From Eledone cirrhosa (taxonomy: Eukaryota): a stretch of DNA of 64,000 nt. Positions within the stretch are counted from its first letter, which is position 1. Each line of letters begins with the position of its first letter. Shown here in pieces: positions 27,100-37,269 of this stretch. The notes under the pieces were generated by a model, which ran no database searches, was not told where the DNA came from, and saw only the letters and a list, made by a program, of their open reading frames with translations. Location: NCBI GenBank assembly GCA_964016885.1, contig OZ024742.1, positions 72,788,001-72,852,000 on the forward strand. The letters are read 5' to 3'. Made by a program: the position numbers and the translations under genes.

Positions 27100-28140
27100 G
27101 CATGTATACATACATACATCTATGTATACAGACGTACAGTAGTGTGTATATATATATACATACATGCACACATATATACATGTACGTATGGATTCACCAA
27201 ACATTTATTATAATGCTCGGTGTGTTTGTAAACAAACATCCCGTATAAAGCCGCAGTGTCTAGCAACCACCGTTGCTCATTTGTTCAACACTGACAAAGG
27301 AACGCTGTACTAGTTTCAAGCTTGTTAGCTATTGTCAGCAACGTATACCTTCCTGCCAGATGGTTGAACGTCCGAAAGTATATACTTTCCTTATTCATAT
27401 TAACGGCTGAGTAGCCCAATTTGCATATCGAGTGGGTTAATCGGCCGGGTGCACCGAAAACGATAAACGGAAAAAATGAAACGAAATTTCATTTCCCACT
27501 CTTAGTACGGCTGTTACTTAAATATAAGTATGAATACGTACATACATATATGTATACAGACGTACAGTAGTATGTATATATATATACATACATGCACACA
27601 TATATACATGTACGTCTGTATACATATATGTATGTATGTATACATACTTATATTTAAGTAACTGCCGTACTAAGAGTGGGAAAGGAAATTCCGTTTCATT
27701 TTTTCCGTTTATCGTTTTCGGTGCACCCGGCCGATTAACCCACTCGATATGCAAATTGGGCTACTCAGCCGTTAATATGCATAAGGAAAGTATATACTTT
27801 CGGACGTTCAACCATCTGGCAGGAAGGTATACGTTGCTGACAATAGCTAACAAGCTTGAAACTAGTACAGCGTTCCTTTGTCAGTGTTGAACAAATGAGC
27901 AACGGTGGTTGCTAGACACTGCGACTTTATACGGGATGTTTGTTTACAAACACACCGAGCATTATAATAAATGTTTGGAGAATCCATACGTACATGTATA
28001 TATGTGTGCATGTATGTATATATATATACATACTACTGTACGTCTGTATACATATATGTATGTACGTATACATTCTTATATTTAAGTAACAGCCGTACTA
28101 AGAGTGGGAAATGAAATTTTGTTTCATTTTTTACGTTTAT
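27100..28140. mobile_element. non-coding inverted + partial-tandem element (pLTR-like) with variant hammerheads at 27302-27344 (-) and 27831-27873 (+)
   Basis: about 27170-27533 is the reverse complement of about 27640-28005; 28068-28140 repeats the start of the second copy; ACGTTG CTGACAA T AGCT aaca AGCT T GAAA CTAG TA CAGCGT; flanked by (TA)n. Confidence 0.8.
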
Positions 28141-28186
28141 ATATATATATATATAATGTATATCTAATATATATATATATATATAA

Positions 28187-28367
28187 TTGTTTCTACTTTT
28201 GGCACAAAGCCAGCAAATACCAGTTTATTACTGGTACTTTATTTTTTCGACCCTGTAAGGATGAAAGGCAAAGTTAACCTCGGCGGGATTTGAACTCAGA
28301 CCATAAAGGGCCATAACTCTTTGCTGCAAAGCATGGAGTCCGACCCTCTACTGATACTGCCAATCCA
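28187..28367 (-). mobile_element. Nin/Deu-domain-like SINE (many further copies, e.g. 17990-18232 tandem, 10490-10665, 53370-53520, 62205-62330)
   Basis: B box GAGTTCAAATCC followed by CGCCGAGGTTAACTTTGCCTTTCATCCTTAC-GGGTCGATAAAATAAAGTACCAG, resembling the conserved Nin/Deu SINE central domain. Confidence 0.7.
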
Positions 28368-29365
28368 ATATAATAAGTAGAATCAAAGTCAGTGTTGTAG
28401 CATATGTACAAACTTTATTGGCATTTTACAACTGTTTCAATATTGATCAGTTCAGGGTACAATCATAATGACTGGGGTCCGACTCTTCTTTGACATCGCC
28501 TCAGATATGCGAGTTTGTATGGGCAAAAAACACTTAAATAGAAGTCCTGGGACCCTTTTATATACACTTATTAATGGGTTTTTAGGGGGTTTGGTGAGGG
28601 AAGGAAGTAGGTAAATGAATAATTGTAGATTCATTTACTGTGACACCAGCAGGCGACAATGCCATTATTGCTGACCCTGGTGTGACAATTGTGGTTATTG
28701 TTGTTGTTGTTGCTGGTGCCAATGTATTCTCTACAGTTTTCAATTACTATTCCAGACTTTTTCTATTACCACACCTTACTTTTGTCTTTATCTTTATCCC
28801 TCTTGTTTTCTGTCCCTTTTACATTTATCCATTAATTGATTTTTTTAATTACTATTATTAATATTATTATTATTATTGTTGTTGTTGTTTCTTCACTCAG
28901 CTTCTAATGCTGGAGATGTATTACACTGTTAGCTGTTCACTGCCAGTGAACTGATATAACGCCCCTTATTTTTCAAGTACCCTCCAGATTATTCGAGCTG
29001 TTCCAAGTAATGCTATTGTTTGTAAGTATTCCATCCATATTGCAATCCCTATTTGTTTAATGTACTTTTCAAGATCTTTAGTCACTATTCCCAAGACTCC
29101 AACTATTATTTACCTTACATCCTTATGGGGGTGATAAAATAAAGTACCAGTAACACACACTATATATATATATATATATAGGAACAAGTATGACCCCGAT
29201 GGCAGAGCTCAAGCCGTTTCGATGGCTATGTCCAGAAATAGCCGTTGAAACGGCTTGAGCTCTGCCGTCGGGGTCATAGTTGTTCCTATTACCCACTCTA
29301 CTACACTAAGTATGGAGTACTTTGGTGCGTTATGGTCCATCTGGTTCCTTACCACAATTCCTACG

Positions 29366-29434
<69 letters not shown>

Positions 29435-29529
29435 TAGAGAGATAGAGAGAGAGAGAGTGAGTGAGAAATATAAATGCACTGCTGATAGAAAGAGGATTTT
29501 AGAAAGTTTTTTGTAAGACCAAAGTGGTA

Positions 29530-29665
29530 GTGTGGTAGTGTTCCAGTGACAGACCGGTGGTGGTGTGGTAGTGTTCCAGTGACAGACCGGTGGTGGTGTG
29601 GTAGTGTTCCAGTGACAGACCGGTGGTGGTGTGGTAGTGTTCCAGTGACAGACTGGTGGTGGTGG
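29530..29665. repeat. 33-bp minisatellite, about 4 copies
   Basis: unit GGTAGTGTTCCAGTGACAGACCGGTGGTGGTGT. Confidence 0.92.
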
Positions 29666-29904
29666 ATACTGATAATATTAATAATGATATCAGTGGCAAT
29701 AGTGGTGACAGTAATGGTGGTGATATTGATCTTCATAGGATAAGAAATATGATTCAATGGTGCCCTTTCTCCTTCCTGTATATCCTCTAGACAAACCTGC
29801 CTGTCTATCTGTCTGTCTGTCTGCCTGTCCTCTATCAGTCTGTGTGTTTGTGTTGCAAGATTCAATATGTTTACCTTTGTGCAACAAGAGATAAAAATGT
29901 TTAC

Positions 29905-29937
29905 CTTGGGAGTGGTGACAAATTCATTTTCCAAAGG
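29905..29937 (-). CDS. putative 33-bp micro-exon of the DUF389 gene
   Basis: ttttctgtttcag|CCTTTG...CCCAAG|gtaaac; phase 0, PLENEFVTTPK; supported by splice signals only. Confidence 0.5.
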
Positions 29938-30249
29938 CTGAAACAGAAAAATTCATATGTATAGTAGGGTGTTTACCTTGGGAGTGTTTACAAACTATTC
30001 ACCAATCGTCTCATGTCAATTTCATCCTTGTTTGAATTTATGAATTAACAAAGTATATTGAATTATAGGTCAATCAAATAATATTGAGGGGTTACACACT
30101 TTCACATCTTTTTAATTATGATGATTTTTTTTGGACCTGGCCAATTATATATTTTCTTTTCTGTTAACTTGACTGAATCCAATGAGGAAACAGAACAAAA
30201 TGAAATGAAAATTAGCTGGAGGAATATGTTCTAAATACACAATAATACT

Positions 30250-30450
30250 GGGTGTTAAAGAGAAAAACACTAGCCAGGATCTATCTTCCGGTGGGAAAGC
30301 AGATAACTCAATTTCCTGAGATATCTTCTCTCGGCAGCTGGTTCTTGCTCTATAAACAGTTGAGGAGGAAATTGTGAGTTCCCACACATCATGACCAAGA
30401 TTCTTTGCTTATTTTGGCATAGCATTCAAAAAGCACCACACTGTGCAACC
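30250..30450 (-). pseudogene. possible DNA transposase fragment (hAT-related)
   Basis: AKNLGHDVWELTISSSTVYRARTSCREKISQEI resembles an LGHD..ISxSTxxRxR segment I associate with invertebrate hATm-like transposases; short and unverified. Confidence 0.3.
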
Positions 30451-30689
30451 CCTAAATATATTTGTATCTCTGTGTATTTTCGCCTGTGTAGCTTTTATAT
30501 GAAATGAATTCAGGGTACAATTGACATGAGGTAATTCCCTATAAATATGAAACTCACTAATGTACGTGTTATTATCTCCGTGGAATTGCTACTATAAACA
30601 AAGTAAAGGGGACCTCAATACCTTAATTAGAGTAAATACCTAATATATATGTCCATAGTTTCAGATAACAGCATTTGGTTACTCAGAGT

Positions 30690-31030
30690 GGAGGCACATG
30701 GCTTAGTGGTTAGAGCATTGGCCTTGCAATCGAAAGGTTGTGAGTTCAATTCACAGACCGGGTGATGTGTTGTTTCCTTGAGCAAGACACTTTATTTCAC
30801 ATTGCTCCAGTTTACTCAGCTGTAGAAATGAGATGATAGGACTGGGGACCCTATCATTCCACTACAAAGTGGTCGTGGAGGTGCCACGGCAAAAAAGCAC
30901 CCAGTACTCACTGTAAATGAGGTTGGTGTTAGGAAGGGCATCCAGCTGTAGAAATCAAGCCAGAATCAGTTCCCGTCCCACCCTTGCAAGCAGGGAAAAG
31001 CAGACGTAAAATGATGATGATGATGATGAT
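30690..31030 (+). mobile_element. tRNA-derived CORE-type SINE with RTE-like 3' tail
   Basis: A box TGGCTTAGTGG, B box GAGTTCAATTC, CORE-like CCTTGAGCAAGACACTT...CAGTTTACTCAGCTGTAGAAATG, tail GGTTGGTGTTAGGAAGGGCATCCAGC...(GAT)n shared with local RTEs. Confidence 0.85.
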
Positions 31031-31041
31031 ATATATGTACA

Positions 31042-32242
31042 CAGGGTGTAACAGGTAAATTGGGACCATTTAGATATCTTTATTATAATTGGTATAACTC
31101 AGAAAAATCAAACCCTGAAAAATGTATGCTTATGCCAAATTATTGTGGAGTGTTTAGCACTTATTTCAGTTCAATGTGACCACCATTTGCTTTCTTTACC
31201 AGTTCAATCCATTTATGAAATGATGCACATGCCTTAAGTATTTCTTCCTTTTTCATTTTACCAAATGCTTGCTTTATCGAAGCCTTCAGTGAAGACACAC
31301 AATTGTGAGAAGTTATTGTTGCTATTGCTTCAATTGCGCCCCATAGCCAAAAATTACATGGATTCAAATCTGGTGAGCTAGAGGGCCAGATATCTTTAGG
31401 GACAAACATGGGCAATTCCTTCTTCAAAATTTCTTGCATCATAATACTTCCTAATCCAAAGCAACAAAACTTCTAAGATTTTCAGATACTCTGCTGTGTT
31501 GATTTTAAGACCTGCTTCAATAAAATGAGGAGGCATCAATTTCCCATCACTTGCAACAGCTTCAAGACCATAATGGAAGCCAGATTCTTGCTATGCATAG
31601 CTGAAGGAACTTGGGAAGGGTCATACACTATCATTCGTGAGTTTTGATGGTTTGCAACTTCATCTACCACAAACTTCTTTTCATCTACGAAGATGCGGAT
31701 GTCTCCAACATGATGTTTCAGATGACTAAGAAGTTTGGAACTTCTTTCAGCTCAAATGGCTTTTGGGCGGGTAGTTAGAATGTTACGGTGTCTCCTCATG
31801 TATGATTTCATATGGAGGTCTTGTCATTTTACTGGTTCCTCGATCTTAAGCCTACTTCACTATCGATTTTGATGGGTTCGACACAATAGATCTTTCAAGT
31901 CTTGCTAGAAATGAGGGGTGCATTTTGAGTCACTGCAAGGACTGTGAGACTTTCTCTGAACATCCTGACTTTTCTTCAAATTGGCTACAACTCTAAAAAC
32001 AGTAGATTTGGCATACTCTGTGACTCTAACAATCCCCCCAGCACTTTTGCCAACGTAGAATAATTCAGCAATTACACTACGGTTTAATTATTTATTAACG
32101 TATTATTTTTTTTATTTGAGATTGAACAAATTATGAATAAGTGATTATTCAAGCTGATAATATTTAAAATTTAGACTTCAACAAAATCTATACAATTAGA
32201 AATACACCCATTTGAAACTTGTCCCAATTTATCTGTTACACC

Positions 32243-32245
<3 letters not shown>
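31042..32245 (-). mobile_element. Tc1/mariner (maT/DD37D-like) transposon, degenerate
   Basis: TIRs CAGGGTGTAACAG(G/A)TAAATTGGGAC at both ends, TA at right; remnants IFVDEKKF, WPSSSPDLNP, ANGGHIE. Confidence 0.88.
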
Positions 32246-32283
<38 letters not shown>

Positions 32284-32482
32284 TATCCTGGGTTCAATCG
32301 GGGGTAACCACAGTAAGTAAGGTACGCAATACATAGCAGAGTATAAATATTTAATATAGAAATGGCTTCTACTTCTACAGGACTAGAACTGTTTCCTTCA
32401 TGAAAAATCATCAGGGCTTTCCTGATGATTTCTCCTGAATGAAACAGTTCTAGTCCTGTAGAAGCCATTTATATATATATAT

Positions 32483-32519
<37 letters not shown>

Positions 32520-32520
<1 letters not shown>

Positions 32521-33022
32521 TTGTTTTGCGAGGTTTTTGATATGAAATTGTGAGTCAAAACAGATATTGTTATACCCTCTCCAAGTATAACAATATATAT
32601 ATATATATACTTTGTTTTTATATTTTTTTGGAAAATTTCTTATCTGAAAATGTGTGTTGAAACAAATACTGTTATGCTTTGGGAGGGTCATGCTGCCAAT
32701 AAAAACACATGCACCTGTTGATTTTCACTTCAATTTATTACAAATTTCCAGTCAGTTGTTTCAATAACCTGATGGTTGTTTATTTGTTGTCAAAGCTCTT
32801 TCATCAGACAAAATAAACAGATACAACCCACAAAAACAAGATGCTGCTGGACAGAACAAAGGAGAGATACATAGTTACAAATTAGTCACTGAGGAGGTCA
32901 CAGAATGTATGATGAAAGAGCTTTGACAATAAATAAACAACCATCTGGTTATTAAACCAACTAACTAGAAATTTCTAAGTGAAAGTGTTTTTATTGGCAG
33001 CATGACCCTCCCAAAGTATAAC
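32520..33022. mobile_element. non-coding pLTR-only fold-back relic of a related Penelope family
   Basis: minus-strand pLTR with tail (about 32610-32812, encodes MTLPKHNSICFN) facing a plus-strand pLTR (about 32815-33022); bounded by (TA)n. Confidence 0.8.
32885..32927 (+). ncRNA. hammerhead ribozyme (pLTR family 1 variant)
   Basis: GTCA CTGAGGA g GTCACA gaatg TATGAT GAAA G ag C TT TGAC; stem II has one mismatch. Confidence 0.6.
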
Positions 33023-33188
33023 CATATATATATATATATATATATAACCAAAGATTAGTATGGTTCGTTGATTACTCAATGAATACAACTTTACAATAGA
33101 TTAGAAGCACTCAACCGGAAAAGTTTTCCTGGAGTTTTTAATATTATTCAAAATATTAACAAATGAAAAATATTCTCATAATCAAAAT

Positions 33189-33260
33189 ATATACTTTATT
33201 ATATATATTTCAAAGGTACTGTGTTGTTTTTTCAGTACGTCCTCATCAGACAAAATATAT
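33189..33260 (-). ncRNA. hammerhead ribozyme (family 2-like) in the left palindrome arm
   Basis: ATATATTTTGT CTGATGA GGAC GTACTG loop CAGTAC CTTT GAAA TATATA TA ATAAAGTATAT; 11-bp stem I with two G.U pairs, palindromic stem III. Confidence 0.65.
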
Positions 33261-35358
33261 GATTTGATATATGACATACCGCTACGGTCTTGATTGTTCA
33301 ATTCCAGTATTGGTAGTGATTTATTTCATCAAATCTCAATGTTTTTTTTTCTATTCTAAGGCGGGTAAAATTCCCGAGATCCATGGACGAGTTCTCTCCA
33401 GCGGTCTCTGTCCCTCATTATCGCTGCCATGTCCTGCATCTCCAACAGACCAGTATCTGTCCTTAGGGCATCAACATACGTTAACCTTGGTCTTCCTCTT
33501 CTAGTGTGTCCATGTAGGGGCTCCCAAAGGAGCACTGAGTGCAATGTCAACTCTGGATGTCAATGTTTATATACCACAAATAATATGATAAACTTAAAGA
33601 AGAAAAGGATGTAGAGCAAATTAGAGATATGAGAGAGGGTGTAAAGAAGAGGAAAGGCAAGAAAAATAAAAAAATAAATACATACATAAATAGATAAATG
33701 AATAAAAAATAAAAGGATGAATGAGTAAAAGAAATATATAAAAAAAAAGGAGGAATAACGACAAAAGAGGGAAGGTGTGGGGAAAGTAAAGAGAACAGGG
33801 GGGGGGGGGTTTAAAAATAAAGAAAAAGAAAAAAACATCAAATAGAGGTGGATAGAGAAAAAAAACCTTGTTTTCAAATGCTAGATCAAATAGAACATCC
33901 AATTAATTCACATAATCAATTGAATATCTTTTGTATTTGATTATGCTTTAGCTAATTATACTTATATATTATATCAAAATTAATCAGTATAGATTACTTT
34001 CTATAGCAATCACATATATAGTTTAATTTAACTCATTTTAGATTATTATTTTTAATTTTTAGGTAAGATATTCTATAAATATTTTGTTACAACTGTAAAA
34101 GAATTAATCTTTAAAGCGTATTTAAATAATTATTAAATATGTATTAAAATCTAATACCATGCATATATCACCATCAATACATATAATATATTTAGATCCT
34201 TTATTACCCAAATTATTTAATTTAATTATGATATTCTCTTTATAAAATCTTTACTATTCTTTAATTTTCATTTAATTCCTAGGATTAAACTGCAGTTACA
34301 TTTACTCTCAAAAGTTTTATTTCATTAAATTAATGAAAGGTTATATTTACTCCTGTATTTAGTTATTTTGATATAGAGTTTCATTTTAATGATAGTCTAT
34401 ATGTTATTAATCTACATATTTCATATCTAATATAATTTAGCAAGCTAGTCAAAAAGAAAAGAAATTTTTACGGACAATGTAAACAAAAGGAAGATAACTC
34501 ATTTACTTTTGAGAGTAAATGTAACTGCAGTTTAATCCTAGGAATTAAATGAAAATTAAAGAATAGTAAAGATTTTATAAAGAGAATATCATAATTAAAT
34601 TAAATAATTTGGGTAATAAAGGATCTAAATATATTATATGTATTGATGGTGATATATGCATGGTATTAGATTTTAATACATATTTAATAATTATTTAAAT
34701 ACACTTTAAAGATTAATTCTTTTACAGTTGTAACAAAATATTTATAGAATATCTTACCTAAAAATTAAAAATAATAATCTAAAATGAGTTAAATTAAACT
34801 ATATATGTGATTGTTATAGAAAGTAATCTATAGTGATTAATTTTGATATAATATATAAGTATAATTAGCTAAAGCATAATCAAATACAAAAGATATTCAA
34901 TTGATTATGTGAATTAATTGGATGTTCTATTTGATCTAGTATTTGAAAACAACGGTTTTTTTCTCTATCCCCCTCTATTTGATGCTTCTTTATTTTTCTT
35001 TATTTTCCTTCCCCCCCCCTTCCCTTTACTTTCCCCACACCTTCCCTCTTTTCTTTTTTATATATTTCTTTTACTCATTCATCCTTTTATTTTTTATTTA
35101 TTTATCTATTTATGTATGTATTTATTTTTTTTCTTGCCTTTCCTCTTCTTTACACCCTCTCTCATATCTCTAATTTGCTCTACATCCTTTTCTTCTTCAA
35201 GTTTATCATATTATTTGTGGTATATAAACATGGAGATTTGATGAAATAAATCACTACCAATACTGGAATTGAATAATCAAGACCATAGCGGTGTTATATA
35301 TCAAATCATATATTTTGTCTGATGAGGACGTACTGAAAAAACAACACTACCTTTGAAA

Positions 35359-35648
35359 TCATCATCATCATCATCAACGTTTAACGTCCGTGTTCCACGC
35401 TTGCATGGGTTTGGACAGGGGTAGTCCCACTTGAGGCAAGAGTGATTGTCTTGCTCGCATAGGACTGTCTGGCAGGTTTTCTACAGTTGGATGCCCTTCC
35501 TAACACCAACCACATTTACAGTGTGGGTCTGGGAGGTTTTTACCGTGTTGCCTACACGGCCACATTACAGCGTGGACTGTGTGTTTTTTTGTCGTGACAC
35601 CTACACGATCTCATTTGTTTCGGCCTCGATGGCGCGGCACCAACATAA
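35359..35648 (-). mobile_element. RTE 3'-UTR-only insertion
   Basis: nearly identical to 56712-57006; flanked by a GAAAT duplication; interrupts the right-arm hammerhead. Confidence 0.85.
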
Positions 35649-35712
35649 CGAAATATATATAATAAAGTATATATTTTGATTATGAGAATATTTTTCATTT
35701 GTTAATATTTTG

Positions 35713-35751
<39 letters not shown>

Positions 35752-35943
35752 GTTTATAAGGGATCACCCTAGAGCAAAATGCAAAGTAGTGTGAAAAAAG
35801 TACTTAATAATAGAGTAGAATAATATTCATTCAAAGTTGGATCTTTGGGAGTCACTACTTGGATTTTCACATTATATATATGTGTGTGTGTGTGTGAAAT
35901 AAATGATTGGATTAATAAAGAAAACTATAAAAGCATGAATTAC

Positions 35944-35979
35944 CCTTGGCAGTTGCTTCAAGTTTTTCATTAAGTGCTT
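35944..35979 (-). CDS. putative 36-bp micro-exon of the DUF389 gene
   Basis: pyrimidine tract + tacag|AAGCACTTA...CCAAGG|gtaatt; phase 0, KHLMKNLKQLPR; supported by splice signals only. Confidence 0.5.
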
Positions 35980-36062
35980 CTGTAAATAGAGGAAAATGGA
36001 TTTGAATAGAAACAGACACTGATGATCAGACAAGTGTTTCTAACTTAGTCATTGTACTTTAA

Positions 36063-36293
36063 CCCTTTTGATACCTAACAGCTAGAAACTATTTGTTATA
36101 AAATGTTTATATTTATTTATAATCTTGCCATCATAATTTTATTTAAGAACCTTTGTTAACTTATGTACCAAACACTAACTTAATAATGAGAAAGTTAGTT
36201 ATATTACTATATCCTTCCAAATTCTTGATTTTTTCAAATTTAATTTTAAAACCGTAGGCAGTGTCTTTCATTAAAAATATGGCAACAAAAGGG
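36063..36293. mobile_element. piggyBac-like MITE (family copies also at about 520, 9520-9705, 11019-11241, 11645-11885, 42655-42850, 43345-43575, 52279-52430, 61597-61850)
   Basis: TTAA|CCCTTTTG ... CAAAAGGG|TTAA termini and a shared internal AATAATCAAGAATTTGGA motif. Confidence 0.7.
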
Positions 36294-37269
36294 TTAATAT
36301 ATCTCAGCAGTTAATTCATAAAAAGCAGTTTGTTAATTGCTTGCTTTTTTTTTATTCTGTCTTTTTCTCTTTCTCTCCTCCCACTAGAGGCATGAGTCAT
36401 AAGCTGTGGATTTATATCATAATAGTATTTAATAATGGTAAAGTTAGTTACATTACTGAAGTTTTTGACATTCTTGATAATTTTCATGATTAATTGAAAA
36501 ACTATAGGCTGTGTCTTTTATTAGAAATAGAGTAGTGAACATATTATTTTTGTTTTTTGCTATGTAGTCAAAGAGGGAGGCAGTGCTCATCATGACTATT
36601 TTATCAAGGCCACCAAGACTGGTGGGAAGAAAGGAGGAAATAAAGAAGGTATCCTCAAACCAGAAACCTGGCCCAAATGCTTGCAACAGTATGAAAACAC
36701 TCAAGGCATTAAAGGACCATGTGATGGTGTTAAACTGAGTATTGGATTAACTCTGTCATACAAAAGCCAGAACAAATACAGCAAGACATCTCATTTAATG
36801 TCTTCCTTGATCTCACTCTTCTATAGCTTCCATCAACTTCAAGTGCTTTGTACCTTTTTACATAACACTTGCTCTTCTTGCACATCACATGACCATACCA
36901 ATGCATTCAACTTTGTAGTATGCATCATGTTTTTGTTATGGGTTGTAGGTGTCCATGCAGTTGCAAGCAGACACAGACGACACTCTCTTAACCATAATTC
37001 CATTGATCTAGTGGAACATCCAGGATGTAACAGCTGGAAGGAGAAGTGGGTGCACCAGCACTAGTCTATTACTTTCTTTATCAACACCAAAAGCATGAAA
37101 GACAAAGTGGGCCGTGGCAGGGTTTGACCTCAGAACACAGACACAGAACAAATATCCAACACACTAATGACTCTGACTCTAGCAAACTGACCACCCCATG
37201 AAAGCTGGACATGCTCAGTTTCTGATATATATATATATATGCAGAGGTTATATTTAATTTGTTGGGATT

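Larger units (their letters stand above)
33141..35720. repeat. about 1-kb-arm inverted repeat derived from a PLE 3' region
   Basis: 33141-34315 is the reverse complement of 34505-35720 (spacer about 190 bp), each arm with a private later insertion. Confidence 0.9.

Noticed and set aside
29530-29665. 33-bp repeats as a CRISPR array
   Set aside because: Head-to-tail units with no unique spacers, no cas genes, eukaryotic context.
30690-30765. tRNA gene
   Set aside because: A/B boxes run into a SINE body and tail, and there is no acceptor stem.
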